A stretch of 58,071 nt of DNA from Minisyncoccota bacterium (GTDB lineage: Bacteria > Patescibacteriota > Minisyncoccia > Phycocordibacterales > UBA9973), in the NCBI GenBank assembly GCA_018061865.1, contig JAGOTH010000002.1, positions 1 through 58,071 of the forward strand, written 5' to 3'. The notes under the pieces were generated by a model. The model did not search any database. It saw only the letters and a program-made list of their open reading frames with translations, and had not been told where the DNA came from. Below are positions 1 to 9,582 of this stretch, in pieces. How positions within the stretch are numbered: the first letter of the stretch is position 1; every line of letters starts with the position of its first letter. The position numbers and the translations under genes are program-made.

Positions 1-644
1 GGACTTATCTCGTCACGTAACTTCACAACTCTTTTCAAATAATCCCAGTTCGCTGGAACTTTGGACAAATCTTTTCTTGTTCGTGCGTGGACAGTCAAAG
101 CGTCTACCCCTTCTTCCAGAATCGTTCTAATCCAAGTATCAATTTCTTCTTTTCTGTATCCAACTCGAGTCTTCACAGAAACCGGCAAGTCTCCTGCTCC
201 GGCTTTTGCCGCACGAATCACAAGCTTTGCAATCTCTGGCGTCTCTATCATCTTTGCTCCACAACCTTGCTTTTCTATTGTCCTATCGGGACAACCCATA
301 TTTATATCAATCCCGTCAAAACCTAATTCACGACAAAGTTCCGTTGTCTTCTGTATATTTTCTGGATTACTGGAAAATATCTGGGCAACTATAGGACGAT
401 GGTTTTCATTAAATTTCAAATCATACATTAGGGCCTCTCTTCCAGCAGAACAGAGTCCATTTGCAGAAACGAATTCTGTCCAGAAAACATCTGGGCCACC
501 CTGCTCTTGTCCGGCACGACTTGCTCGAGCGATTACATCTCGAAATGCGACATCAGTCACATCAGCCATTGGAGCTAGCGCAAAAAAAGGACGAGGAAGC
601 TTTGTCCAGAAGTTTATTTTTTCTTTTTGTGTATCTTGATCCAT
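1..644 (-). CDS. dus: tRNA-dihydrouridine synthase, N-terminal part (gene continues past window start)
   Basis: Not in ORF track because it runs off the window. My minus-strand translation from ATG 644..642 reads MDQDTQKEKINFWTKLPRPFFALAPMADVTDVAFRDVIAR...GFDGIDINMGCPDR...VSVKTRVGY. The APMxxxTD and INxGCP motifs fit the Dus FMN TIM-barrel family. Confidence 0.8.
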   Translation of the reverse strand, partial: MDQDTQKEKINFWTKLPRPFFALAPMADVTDVAFRDVIARASRAGQEQGGPDVFWTEFVSANGLCSAGREALMYDLKFNENHRPIVAQIFSSNPENIQKTTELCRELGFDGIDINMGCPDRTIEKQGCGAKMIETPEIAKLVIRAAKAGAGDLPVSVKTRVGYRKEEIDTWIRTILEEGVDALTVHARTRKDLSKVPANWDYLKRVVKLRDEIS

Positions 645-647
645 TTA

Positions 648-1514
648 TTATTTATAGTAAACCTTTCCGTCAAAACGAAGATCAATATATTCTATTCCGC
701 TTTCACTTTCAAACTTTGTCAAAAATTCCTGCAAAGAAAAGAGCGCTTCCAGATTGTTCGCTATTTTTTCTGGATCAAAGTCTGTTTTAAAAATTACCTT
801 TGGAGGAAGACTTCTACCTTCATATTCTTTTTTAAAATAAATTACATAATTCTTTTCTACATCAGGAGCACCCTCCAAAGTCAGAGTTGTAGAATCGAGC
901 CCGATACCATCAACTAAATCAATAAAATAAACTAGTTTTTTGAATTCTTCTATATTAAAAACATAACTACCAAGTGGTTCATTTTCTATAGAACTAAAAA
1001 ATCTAAAATAAATACTTCCGGAAAAGAGTGGCGCTTTTGCAAAAATAAAACCGGTACTATCAACAAAATAACATTCTACATTGGCCAGATCTGCACCGAA
1101 AACGGCACTAGATCCGCACCATAGATATTCTTCTTCTCTCTCAACAACTGAAAAAGAGACCGTGCTGGAATTAGTCTTTCCTCCACGAACTTCCCCAATT
1201 CTTGGAAATTCTTTCATTATTTCACTTTCCACTTTATTCATTGGGAAGAATATATAATTTTGTTTGGAAAAAACATAAAGAAACTTTGAATTCATTTCTT
1301 CTTTTACAAAGTTTTTTATATCTTCAGAATTGAGAACTTCGGCTCCACTTACTTCGATATTTTCTATCCTCATTATTTTTGAATTAGATAAGACAGAAAA
1401 ACCGACAATAATCAAAACAAAAAAAAGAAAGAAGAAAAACATCTTCCTTCTAAACTTTTTCCGTCTAGCCTGACGAATCTCTTTTGGCAGAATGTTCAGC
1501 TTTCTTCTAGCCAT
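648..1514 (-). CDS. ftsQ: cell division protein FtsQ-like (basic N-terminus, one TM helix, POTRA-like region)
   Basis: ATG start. MARRKLNILPKEIRQARRKKFRRK is followed by the hydrophobic helix FFFFLFFVLIIVGFSVL, then an extracytoplasmic beta-rich domain. Architecture-based call only. Confidence 0.5.
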   Translation of the reverse strand: MARRKLNILPKEIRQARRKKFRRKMFFFFLFFVLIIVGFSVLSNSKIMRIENIEVSGAEVLNSEDIKNFVKEEMNSKFLYVFSKQNYIFFPMNKVESEIMKEFPRIGEVRGGKTNSSTVSFSVVEREEEYLWCGSSAVFGADLANVECYFVDSTGFIFAKAPLFSGSIYFRFFSSIENEPLGSYVFNIEEFKKLVYFIDLVDGIGLDSTTLTLEGAPDVEKNYVIYFKKEYEGRSLPPKVIFKTDFDPEKIANNLEALFSLQEFLTKFESESGIEYIDLRFDGKVYYK

Positions 1515-1516
1515 TT

Positions 1517-2797
1517 TTATTTCTTAGGTAATATCTTTTCTTTTCCTCCCATATACGGACGGAGGACTTCGGGAATTATGATGGAACCATCTTCTTGCTG
1601 GTAGTTTTCAACGATGTGTTGGAGGATACGAGGCATAGCAAGAGCTGTATTGTTTAGTGAGTGAGCATAACGAAGCTTTCCTTCAGAATCTTTGTACCGA
1701 ATATTTAATCTGCGAGTTTGAAAATCGTGGAAATAAGAACATGAGTGTGTCTCTCTAAATCTATCTTGTGATGGCACCCATGCTTCAATGTCATATTTTT
1801 TCACTTGTCCTAGTCCCAAATCCCCTCCACAGTTAATCACAACGTGATAATGAAGTCCGAGCGCTTGCAAAATCTCTTCTGCATTTGAAAGAAGTTCTTC
1901 GTGGTGTTTTACTGAAGTCTCATGATTTGCCTCACAAAGAATCACTTGCTCAAACTTTCGAAATTCGTGAACACGGAAAAGACCTTTTGTGTCTTTGCTG
2001 TGGCTTCCGGCTTCACGACGAAATGCTGGAGAAAAAGCTAGAACTTTTTTAGGCAATACATCTGGTTCAAAAACTGTGTCTGTAAAATAGCTCATAGTTG
2101 CAACTTCTGCTGTTCCAGAAAAATAATCACTATCTTGAGTTTTATACATATCATCTTCTCCTTGTGGAAGATATCCTGTACCAAAAAGAGTTTCTCTACG
2201 CACAAGTGAAGGAACAATCATAAATTCATAATCTGACTTCTTAGAAGAAAAATGACTAACAACAAACTGATGAAGTGCAAACTCAAGAAGAGCTCCGTCC
2301 CCTTTCAAAAAATATCCTCTGAAGCCGGCAACTTCTGCACCTTTCACAAAGTCGGCAATGTCGAGAGATTCCATAAGAGCAATGTGATCTTTTGGAGTAA
2401 ATTGAAATACTGGTTTTTCTCCCCACACTTTTGCTTCTACATTTGAAGAGTCATCTTCTCCTTCTGGAACAGAAATATCTGGAATGTTAGGGACTGACAA
2501 CATAAGGACCTGCCATTTTTTTATAAGCTCTCTCAAGTTGTCTTCACCCTTCTCTAGATCCTCTTTCAAGATTTTCATTTCAGAAATCATCTGGTCTCTG
2601 ACATTAGAGTCCTTCTCAACGGCGATCTTTCTTGAGGCGAGGTTTTGTTCAGCGCGCAGATCCTCTACTCGCTTCAACACAACCAATCTTTCGTCGTCAA
2701 CAGAGATTAGTTCATTAACATCAAAATTCACTCGCTTTTTCTTGGCTGCGAGCTCTATAAGATCCTTATTCTCTTTTATAAATTTGATATCAAGCAC
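1517..2797 (-). CDS. serS: serine--tRNA ligase
   Basis: 426 aa, GTG start. Canonical MLDIKFIKEN N-terminal coiled-coil arm and class II core (FRREAGS, TGYLPQ, NNTALAMPR). Confidence 0.95.
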   Translation of the reverse strand: MLDIKFIKENKDLIELAAKKKRVNFDVNELISVDDERLVVLKRVEDLRAEQNLASRKIAVEKDSNVRDQMISEMKILKEDLEKGEDNLRELIKKWQVLMLSVPNIPDISVPEGEDDSSNVEAKVWGEKPVFQFTPKDHIALMESLDIADFVKGAEVAGFRGYFLKGDGALLEFALHQFVVSHFSSKKSDYEFMIVPSLVRRETLFGTGYLPQGEDDMYKTQDSDYFSGTAEVATMSYFTDTVFEPDVLPKKVLAFSPAFRREAGSHSKDTKGLFRVHEFRKFEQVILCEANHETSVKHHEELLSNAEEILQALGLHYHVVINCGGDLGLGQVKKYDIEAWVPSQDRFRETHSCSYFHDFQTRRLNIRYKDSEGKLRYAHSLNNTALAMPRILQHIVENYQQEDGSIIIPEVLRPYMGGKEKILPKK

Positions 2798-2844
2798 TTG
2801 TCTATAGATTATACAAATATTAGTGATACAATCAAATCAAAGTT

Positions 2845-3717
2845 ATGGGAGACGATATACTCATAATAAAACCGGAGGACTTTCCGAGAAGACTAAAAGA
2901 GATCCCCGACCCTCCAAAAGAACTCTATATAAGAGGACCCTTCCCCGACGAAGACCTCATTTTTCTTACAATTGTCGGATCTCGTAAATACACAACATAC
3001 GGCAAGGACGTTTGCGAGAAACTAATAGCCTCTCTTCGTGGTGCTCCGGTCGTTATAATCTCCGGACTTGCCATCGGCATGGACACTCTCGTTCACGAAT
3101 CCGCACTCAAGGCAGGGCTGAAAAATATTGGGGTCCCGGGTGGAGGAATTTCTCGTGGTGTTATTTATCCCCGAAGAAATCTTTTACTTTCTGATGAAAT
3201 TCTAAAAGCTGGTGGGTGTCTCTTGTCTGAATACAAACCAGACTTTCGTCCAACACTCTGGAGCTTTCCGCGACGGAACAGAATAATGTCAGGACTATCT
3301 GACGCGGTGCTAATAATTGAAGCAGAAGAAAAATCTGGGACTCTCATTACCTCACGACTTGCCACTGAATACAATCGCAATGTTCTCGCTGTTCCGGGAA
3401 ACATAACTTCTCCATCTTCAAAAGGAACAAATATGTTAATTCGACTTGGAGCCACTCCTATAACTTCTCCGGAAGATTTGATTGAAGCGCTCGGAATAAA
3501 TAGCCTACCCCTAATAAATCGAAAACAAAAAGAGAACACTTCTCTGTCCCCTTTAGAAAATAAAATCTTAGAAATTCTAAACGAACCAAAATCCAAGGAT
3601 CAAATTTTTTACGAACTCGACTATGAAGAAAGTAAAATAATAATGTCACTTAGTCTCCTTGAAATGAAGGGTCTAATAAAAGAAGAGTTGGGAGAGATAA
3701 GGCGAATAGATTCCTGA
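2845..3717 (+). CDS. dprA: DNA processing protein DprA/Smf
   Basis: 290 aa. IVGSRKYTTYG...SGLAIGMDTLVHESALKAG...GTLITSRLATEYNRNVLAVPG is the typical DprA Rossmann-like core. Confidence 0.9.
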   Translation: MGDDILIIKPEDFPRRLKEIPDPPKELYIRGPFPDEDLIFLTIVGSRKYTTYGKDVCEKLIASLRGAPVVIISGLAIGMDTLVHESALKAGLKNIGVPGGGISRGVIYPRRNLLLSDEILKAGGCLLSEYKPDFRPTLWSFPRRNRIMSGLSDAVLIIEAEEKSGTLITSRLATEYNRNVLAVPGNITSPSSKGTNMLIRLGATPITSPEDLIEALGINSLPLINRKQKENTSLSPLENKILEILNEPKSKDQIFYELDYEESKIIMSLSLLEMKGLIKEELGEIRRIDS

Positions 3718-3768
3718 GTTTGCTATCTTTGTGCCTTTATTGTATAAATTAGGCAAAACTTGTGAGGT

Positions 3769-4299
3769 ATGAAAAACTTAATAATAGTATGCATCGCTGG
3801 AACCAAAACGAATGGATCACTGAGTAGAACAGAACTTCAAAACTTAAAGAAGATAAATGACGACATACGAAAAGGTGTTCTCAGTAAATACATTGGTGAA
3901 AATACCACAATTTATTGTGGAAACAACGAAGAGGAGGACCAGGTTTTATCTGAAGCCTTAAATATTCTAAATCCAAAACAAAAAATAAGTGTGGGACAAA
4001 AGGCGTCCTTCATAATCAGGAAGATAAATTTTTTGTCACGGAGAAATACTGGAAAGTCGGCTCATCAGCAAGCCTTTTTTCTGAACAAACACCTGAAAGC
4101 GGTATATTTTTCCAAAAAAATACTGCAGACCGAGATTGTTCTAATGAGTGAAAGAGGTATAAAAAAATCTCTAACACATTTAACAAGCAGGCCGGGATAC
4201 GGATGTCCACCAGAAATCCTTCGGAAAGAAATTCCTGTCGGAACAGCAATAAAAATAAAAATGCCCCAAAAATATATCGAGGCATTCTTTATAAATTAG
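3769..4299 (+). CDS. hypothetical protein (176 aa)
   Basis: ATG preceded by GTGAGG. Followed by the hairpin terminator at 4324-4358. No recognisable motif. Confidence 0.5.
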   Translation: MKNLIIVCIAGTKTNGSLSRTELQNLKKINDDIRKGVLSKYIGENTTIYCGNNEEEDQVLSEALNILNPKQKISVGQKASFIIRKINFLSRRNTGKSAHQQAFFLNKHLKAVYFSKKILQTEIVLMSERGIKKSLTHLTSRPGYGCPPEILRKEIPVGTAIKIKMPQKYIEAFFIN

Positions 4300-4323
4300 T
4301 TACCTCAACATAAAGTTGAGGAG

Positions 4324-4358
4324 CCCCCACATCAATAACCTTTGGTGTGGGGGTTTTT
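4324..4358 (+). terminator. intrinsic terminator, member of a repeated hairpin family
   Basis: cccccacatcaa...ttggtgtggggg, a 12-bp stem followed by TTTTT. A near-copy lies at 37777-37805. Confidence 0.7.
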
Positions 4359-4402
4359 GACAAAATAGATTTTTGGCGTTATATTGAAGAAAATTTTGTA
4401 GC

Positions 4403-4828
4403 ATGAAAAAACAATATCAAACACCTGCCGGGTTTATCGGAAACCTCGTAGAAAAAGAAGAAGAGTTTAAGAAACTAAACAGTCAGGCGCTTATGCTTTA
4501 CCCAACCATTGAGGAATTACTGAAAGAAATAGAGGATGGAAAAGCGGATGAGTTCTTCGAAGACAAGAATGCTCCTTTCGCCACATGGCTTGTACCAAAA
4601 GGAGGAACGCTTGATACCTTCAAGGGTGGATATCAAGAGTACTGGCAAATTGAAAGAACAGCCAAAAACAGCTTTTCAGTTGAAAAAGTTAGCCTTGAAA
4701 TTATCCTGGCAACAATTTCAAAAAAATACATAATTCCTTTTAAGCACAGCTTCTCTAAAAAAATAGAAAATGAAGTTGCCACGTCCGAAAAAGACGGGCA
4801 AATAGTATACGAAGAAGAAATTAACTAA
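4403..4828 (+). CDS. hypothetical protein (141 aa)
   Basis: ATG ORF with its own terminator at 4848-4881. No recognisable motif. Confidence 0.5.
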   Translation: MKKQYQTPAGFIGNLVEKEEEFKKLNSQALMLYPTIEELLKEIEDGKADEFFEDKNAPFATWLVPKGGTLDTFKGGYQEYWQIERTAKNSFSVEKVSLEIILATISKKYIIPFKHSFSKKIENEVATSEKDGQIVYEEEIN

Positions 4829-4847
4829 CTCCGTATTTACGGACACA

Positions 4848-4881
4848 CCTGAGCATTAAAATTTTAATGCTCGGGTTTTTT
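4848..4881 (+). terminator. intrinsic terminator
   Basis: cctgagcattaaa/tttaatgctcggg stem followed by TTTTTT. Confidence 0.75.
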
Positions 4882-4983
4882 ATTTGCCAAAAAATCAGTC
4901 TTATAGTATAACTTCGGCCATTGGGTGTTTTCCACTATTTAAAGAGGCCTGAAAATATTCATACTATATACTTAAACTAAAAT

Positions 4984-7176
4984 ATGAAATTACTAATCGT
5001 TGAGTCACCATCAAAAGCAAAGACAATTGAGAAATATCTCGATGGCGCTTTTACCGTTCGTGCCTCTGTAGGACACATCCGTGATCTACCAAAATCAAAC
5101 AAAAAAGCCATAGACATAGAAGGTGGATTTATTCCTCATTATGAAAACTCTCCGGGGAAAATAAAGGTGATTCATGAACTTCAACACTTGGCTGAAAAAG
5201 CAGAATCTATAGTGCTCGCAACCGACCCGGACCGTGAAGGAGAAGCTATTTCTTGGCACCTAAAACAAATCCTCGATGAAGATAAAAAAGTTAAAGCAAA
5301 AATAAAAAGAGTTACTTTCCACGAGATTACAAAAGAAGCAGTAGAAGAAGCTCTAAAGAACCCTAGAGATATTGATGACAAATTAGTGAAAGCCCAAGAA
5401 GCACGTAGAGTTCTAGACCGCCTCGTGGGTTATGACTTGTCTGGATTAATCTGGAAAAAAGTTCGTTACGGACTCTCTGCTGGACGAGTTCAGTCCCCTG
5501 CACTCCGAATAATAATGGAACGCGAAAGAGAAATCCGAGCATTCATTCCAGAGAAATTCTGGGTTCTGGAAGCTGACACAAAAACAGAGAAAAAGTCTCC
5601 CCTACTTCTAACTTGTTCTGAAGAACCACGAGACGAAAATCTTGTTAACAAAATCCTAGAAAAGGGTAAAGCTGGAAAATGGAAAGTCTTGGATGTTAAA
5701 GGAACTGAACAAAAGCGTGTTCCTCGTGCCCCTTTTACAACTTCAACTCTTCAACAAACTGCTTCAACTCGTCTCGGCTTCTCCCCTTCTCGTACAATGC
5801 AAGTTGCCCAAAAACTATATGAAGCTGGACACATAACATATATGAGAACGGATTCGACAAATATTTCCGCTCAAGCAAAGGCGCAGGCAATATCTGAAAT
5901 TGAAAAAAGATATGGAAAAGAACTGGCTGAAGAACACACATATAAAACAAAATCAAAAAACGCTCAAGAAGCTCACGAAGCAATCAGACCAACTCACTTC
6001 AACCTCATCTCTGCCGGAACAACAGAAGAACAAAAGAAACTCTATCGACTAATCTGGGAAAGAACTGTTTCTTCACAAATGGTAGATGCAAAAGTTCTAC
6101 GAACAAAAATCACAGCTGAAATCGAAGGAGAAAACCTACCAGAGTTCCAAGCAAATGGATCACGAATACTTTCTCTCGGATGGCTTACAGTAGACACCGC
6201 AGCTCGCGGAGAAGACGTAGAACTTCCAGAAGTAAAAGCTGGGGAATATTTGCAACTAGTTGATCTCCGAAGTATTGAGAAAGCTACAGAACCGCCAAAC
6301 CGATATTCTGAAGCAGGGCTTGTGAAAGAACTTGAAGCTCGAGGAATCGGACGACCTTCCACTTATGCCTCTATTATGAGAACTCTCGAAGAGCGAGGTT
6401 ACGTAACAAAAGAAGGAAGAACTCTTTTCCCTACAGATACGGGAGACGTTGTTTCTACATTCCTCGAAGCTAACTTCATTGATTATATTTCTGATACTTT
6501 CACAGCTGAAATGGAGGATAAGCTCGACGAAATTGCTGAAGGAAAAAGAGAATACGCAAAAACTCTAAAAGACTTTTATGGACCTTTCCTGAAAGACGTA
6601 AAAGCGAAAGACAAACTTGAAAAAATCACAAACCTAGGGGAGGCTCCAAAAGAATTCCCTTGTCCTGTTTGTGGAGCTGAGATGATTGTAAAACTAGGAA
6701 AGAACGGAAAGTTTTTGTCTTGCTCAAAATTCCCAGACTGTGTTGGAGGCAGAACAATCGATGGAAAAATAATGGAAGGACCGAAAGAAATCGGTGAACC
6801 TTGTCCCGACTGTGGAGAAAAACATGGAGGAAAGCTAGTAATCAGAGAAGGACGATTTGGAATGTTTATTTCTTGTTCTCGTTATCCAAAGTGTAAGTTT
6901 ATAAAAGAAGATGAAGAAGAGAGAAAGAAGAAACTAACAGGCGTGCAATGTCCTAATTGTAAAAAAGGTGAAATGATGGAACGCCGAGGAAAGTTTGGAA
7001 TATTTTATTCTTGTTCAAACTATCCTGACTGTAAAACTGCAATCAAAGCAAAACCAACTGGAAATATTTGTGATATGTGTGGAGCGCTGATGATGGAAGG
7101 GACAAAGACTATTCCAGAAAGATGTAGCAATAATAAATGCCCAAACCACAGACCTGATAAGTTGGTTAAAAAATAA
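4984..7176 (+). CDS. topA: DNA topoisomerase I
   Basis: 730 aa. Toprim N-terminus (MKLLIVESPSKAKTIEKYL), active-site Tyr context ITYMRTDS, and four C-terminal CxxC...CxxC zinc ribbons. Confidence 0.95.
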   Translation: MKLLIVESPSKAKTIEKYLDGAFTVRASVGHIRDLPKSNKKAIDIEGGFIPHYENSPGKIKVIHELQHLAEKAESIVLATDPDREGEAISWHLKQILDEDKKVKAKIKRVTFHEITKEAVEEALKNPRDIDDKLVKAQEARRVLDRLVGYDLSGLIWKKVRYGLSAGRVQSPALRIIMEREREIRAFIPEKFWVLEADTKTEKKSPLLLTCSEEPRDENLVNKILEKGKAGKWKVLDVKGTEQKRVPRAPFTTSTLQQTASTRLGFSPSRTMQVAQKLYEAGHITYMRTDSTNISAQAKAQAISEIEKRYGKELAEEHTYKTKSKNAQEAHEAIRPTHFNLISAGTTEEQKKLYRLIWERTVSSQMVDAKVLRTKITAEIEGENLPEFQANGSRILSLGWLTVDTAARGEDVELPEVKAGEYLQLVDLRSIEKATEPPNRYSEAGLVKELEARGIGRPSTYASIMRTLEERGYVTKEGRTLFPTDTGDVVSTFLEANFIDYISDTFTAEMEDKLDEIAEGKREYAKTLKDFYGPFLKDVKAKDKLEKITNLGEAPKEFPCPVCGAEMIVKLGKNGKFLSCSKFPDCVGGRTIDGKIMEGPKEIGEPCPDCGEKHGGKLVIREGRFGMFISCSRYPKCKFIKEDEEERKKKLTGVQCPNCKKGEMMERRGKFGIFYSCSNYPDCKTAIKAKPTGNICDMCGALMMEGTKTIPERCSNNKCPNHRPDKLVKK

Positions 7177-7223
7177 AAAAAACCCGCAACACCAAAATAT
7201 TGATGTTCGGGCATGCCCGCAAG

Positions 7224-8021
7224 TTATGCGGGAGTAAATCTCGTTGTCGACTGAAAAGTTAAAACCCCTCGTCCTTTTTCAAAAATTTTATTCTTTTCTG
7301 TATAGACCGGCTCCACACAGATATAATCGAGAGAATCTCTCCACAAATAAAATCCTTCAATCCGAATTGGTCTGTTTGATTCTAATCCTAACCTCCAATC
7401 AAAAACTCCTAATCCAACAGAAAAAAGACTAAAGCCAGGAACGGCATGTGTGTGAACGGGTACGGAAATAAATAAATCATGATTAAATGGATACTCCCGA
7501 CTGTTTAACTCTATCTGATTTCCGTGCCTTCCTAAAAAACTAAGAACGAACTCTCCACCAGAACTCGGCGTCCGAAAATAAGGATGAATCCCCACATTCA
7601 GATAGTCATTTAAGCCTGTCGAGGAAAGATCAATTGTTAATTCCTCAAATAACTCATACCCTTCGGAATCCAGTTTTCTTTTTAAAATTGGCAATGGAAT
7701 ATTTTTATATCTTCCCTCAAGGTCTTCATTTCTGTGAAATTCAAATCCTACCTCTTGGTTTGTTTGACTAGCAATCAATACTTCCAAATCTCTCAGGAAT
7801 CCATGTTTCTTTTTCATCTCACCAAGCGGATCAGTTCCGAATATTGGATAACAAAAATGTGATCCTCCACGAATTATTTTTAATCCATTTTGGTCCAAAA
7901 CTTTTTGTCTTGGGAAAAATAATTCAACGTCTTCCCCTGTCTCGCTGAAAGTCCAAGAGACTATATTCCCGTGACTATCCATAGATAGACTCGAATACTT
8001 ACTACTTATATTAAAGTTCAT
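7224..8021 (-). CDS. aldose 1-epimerase / hexose-6-phosphate mutarotase-like protein
   Basis: Trimmed from the TTG at 8066 to the ATG at 8021 (MNFNISS...). GGSHFCYPIFG resembles the GGIPxCxPxFG motif of the aldose-epimerase superfamily. Confidence 0.5.
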   Translation of the reverse strand: MNFNISSKYSSLSMDSHGNIVSWTFSETGEDVELFFPRQKVLDQNGLKIIRGGSHFCYPIFGTDPLGEMKKKHGFLRDLEVLIASQTNQEVGFEFHRNEDLEGRYKNIPLPILKRKLDSEGYELFEELTIDLSSTGLNDYLNVGIHPYFRTPSSGGEFVLSFLGRHGNQIELNSREYPFNHDLFISVPVHTHAVPGFSLFSVGLGVFDWRLGLESNRPIRIEGFYLWRDSLDYICVEPVYTEKNKIFEKGRGVLTFQSTTRFTPA

Positions 8022-8115
8022 TTTTACAATTTTCCTAAAATATACAGGAAAAACAGCCTTTTGCAAGAAGGCACTATTTGCCCGAAAGTCGTGAAAGAGC
8101 TATATTTTAATTACT

Positions 8116-9582
8116 ATGATATCCCCTCACCCAAAGACTCTTATAGAAGCATTGGCGAACCCAACACACAAAGACCGTGAACTAATTACGAAAGCTTATC
8201 ACTTTGCAGAAAACGCCCACCGCGAGCAAAAAAGAAATTCCGGTGAACCATATTTTAACCACGTCTTTGCTACTGCAAAGAACATCGCCGACCTCGGAAT
8301 GCCGTCTCTTCTTATCGCCGCCGGACTTTTGCATGATGTAATAGAAGACACTGACGTTACAGAAAAAGATTTTGAAAAAGAGTTCGGTAAAGAACTTCTT
8401 TATATTGTTCGTGGTGTTACAAAACTTGGAAAAGTTAAATATCGAGGAATGGAACGCAGTGTTGAGAATCTTCGAAAGTTTTTTGTGGCAATGGCGGAAG
8501 ACATGCGGGTGCTTGTTGTAAAACTTTGCGATCGTCTACACAACGCCGAAACCTTGGAATTCGTTCGTCCTGACAAGCGTGAAAGAATTGCAAAAGAAAC
8601 TCTCGAGATATATGCACCACTCGCCAACAGACTCGGAATGGGACTTCTAAAAGGCCGACTTGAGGATGCAGCTTTTCCTTATGCGCACCCAAAAGAATAT
8701 AAACTTGTGAAAGATTTACTCTCTGAGAAAAAAGGAATAAGTGAAAAATATCTAACTGAAATTGAAAAAGTTCTCAAAAAAGAAATGAAGAAACACGGAA
8801 TTGAGAATTTCGCTATAGACAAAAGAGTAAAGCATTTATATAGCTTGTATAAAAAACTTCTCCGTTATGACATGGATATAGAGAAGGTTCACGACATAAT
8901 GGCTCTTCGTGTTGTCGTAAATACTGTAGAGCAGTGCTACCACACACTAGGAATGATTCACGGCCTCTGGAGACCCTTGCCTGGAAGAATAAAGGACTAT
9001 ATCGCCCTACCAAAACCGAACGGTTACAAATCTCTTCATACAACCATTTTTACAGGAACAGGAGGAATTGCCGAAATCCAAATTAGAACAAAACAAATGC
9101 ACGACGAAGCAGAATACGGAGTCGCGGCCCACTTCGCTTATAAAGAAAAAATTCCACTTCACAAAAATGATCCAACTGGACAATTTGCTTGGATAAAAGA
9201 ACTTTCTGAAGCTCAGAAAAAAATTACTGATGTTGATAAATTCTTTGAAAACTTATCAATGGATTTCTTCCGAGACAGAGTTTTTGCACTTACCCCAAAA
9301 GGAGACATTATCGACCTTCCAGAAGGAGCCTCAACTCTTGATTTCGCTTACGCCGTCCACACCTCTATAGGAAGCAGGGCTCGTGGAGCAAGAGTAAATG
9401 GAAAGTATGTATCCCTTGATACAAAGCTAAAGTCTGGAGACCTCGTAGAAATCGATACCGCAAAAAACGCTCATCCAAGCGAAAAGTGGCTAGAGTATAC
9501 GAAAACTTCAAAAGCCAGAGCTCGGATAACAAGATACCTCAAAGCCAAGGAAACTCTCGACAGTATAATTCCGAAAAACTAA
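8116..9582 (+). CDS. rel: RelA/SpoT-family (p)ppGpp synthetase/hydrolase (short, 488 aa)
   Basis: HD hydrolase motif LLHDVIEDT, synthetase core YKSLHTTI...EIQIRT, and a TGS-like C-terminus (FALTPKGDIIDLPEGASTLDFAY). Confidence 0.9.
   Translation: MISPHPKTLIEALANPTHKDRELITKAYHFAENAHREQKRNSGEPYFNHVFATAKNIADLGMPSLLIAAGLLHDVIEDTDVTEKDFEKEFGKELLYIVRGVTKLGKVKYRGMERSVENLRKFFVAMAEDMRVLVVKLCDRLHNAETLEFVRPDKRERIAKETLEIYAPLANRLGMGLLKGRLEDAAFPYAHPKEYKLVKDLLSEKKGISEKYLTEIEKVLKKEMKKHGIENFAIDKRVKHLYSLYKKLLRYDMDIEKVHDIMALRVVVNTVEQCYHTLGMIHGLWRPLPGRIKDYIALPKPNGYKSLHTTIFTGTGGIAEIQIRTKQMHDEAEYGVAAHFAYKEKIPLHKNDPTGQFAWIKELSEAQKKITDVDKFFENLSMDFFRDRVFALTPKGDIIDLPEGASTLDFAYAVHTSIGSRARGARVNGKYVSLDTKLKSGDLVEIDTAKNAHPSEKWLEYTKTSKARARITRYLKAKETLDSIIPKN

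Noticed and set aside
61-639. Plus-strand ORFs 61..639, 87..326, 206..394 and 461..790 at the window start
   Set aside because: They are antisense shadows of the minus-strand dus gene, whose translation gives clear Dus motifs. The plus-strand products are low-complexity and lack motifs.
9579-9582. Convergent 3'-end overlaps (rel/parB 4 nt, fmt/DUF167 15 nt) as regulatory antisense features
   Set aside because: Such short overlaps are expected from tight packing in a reduced genome, and there is no additional structure or motif at the overlaps.
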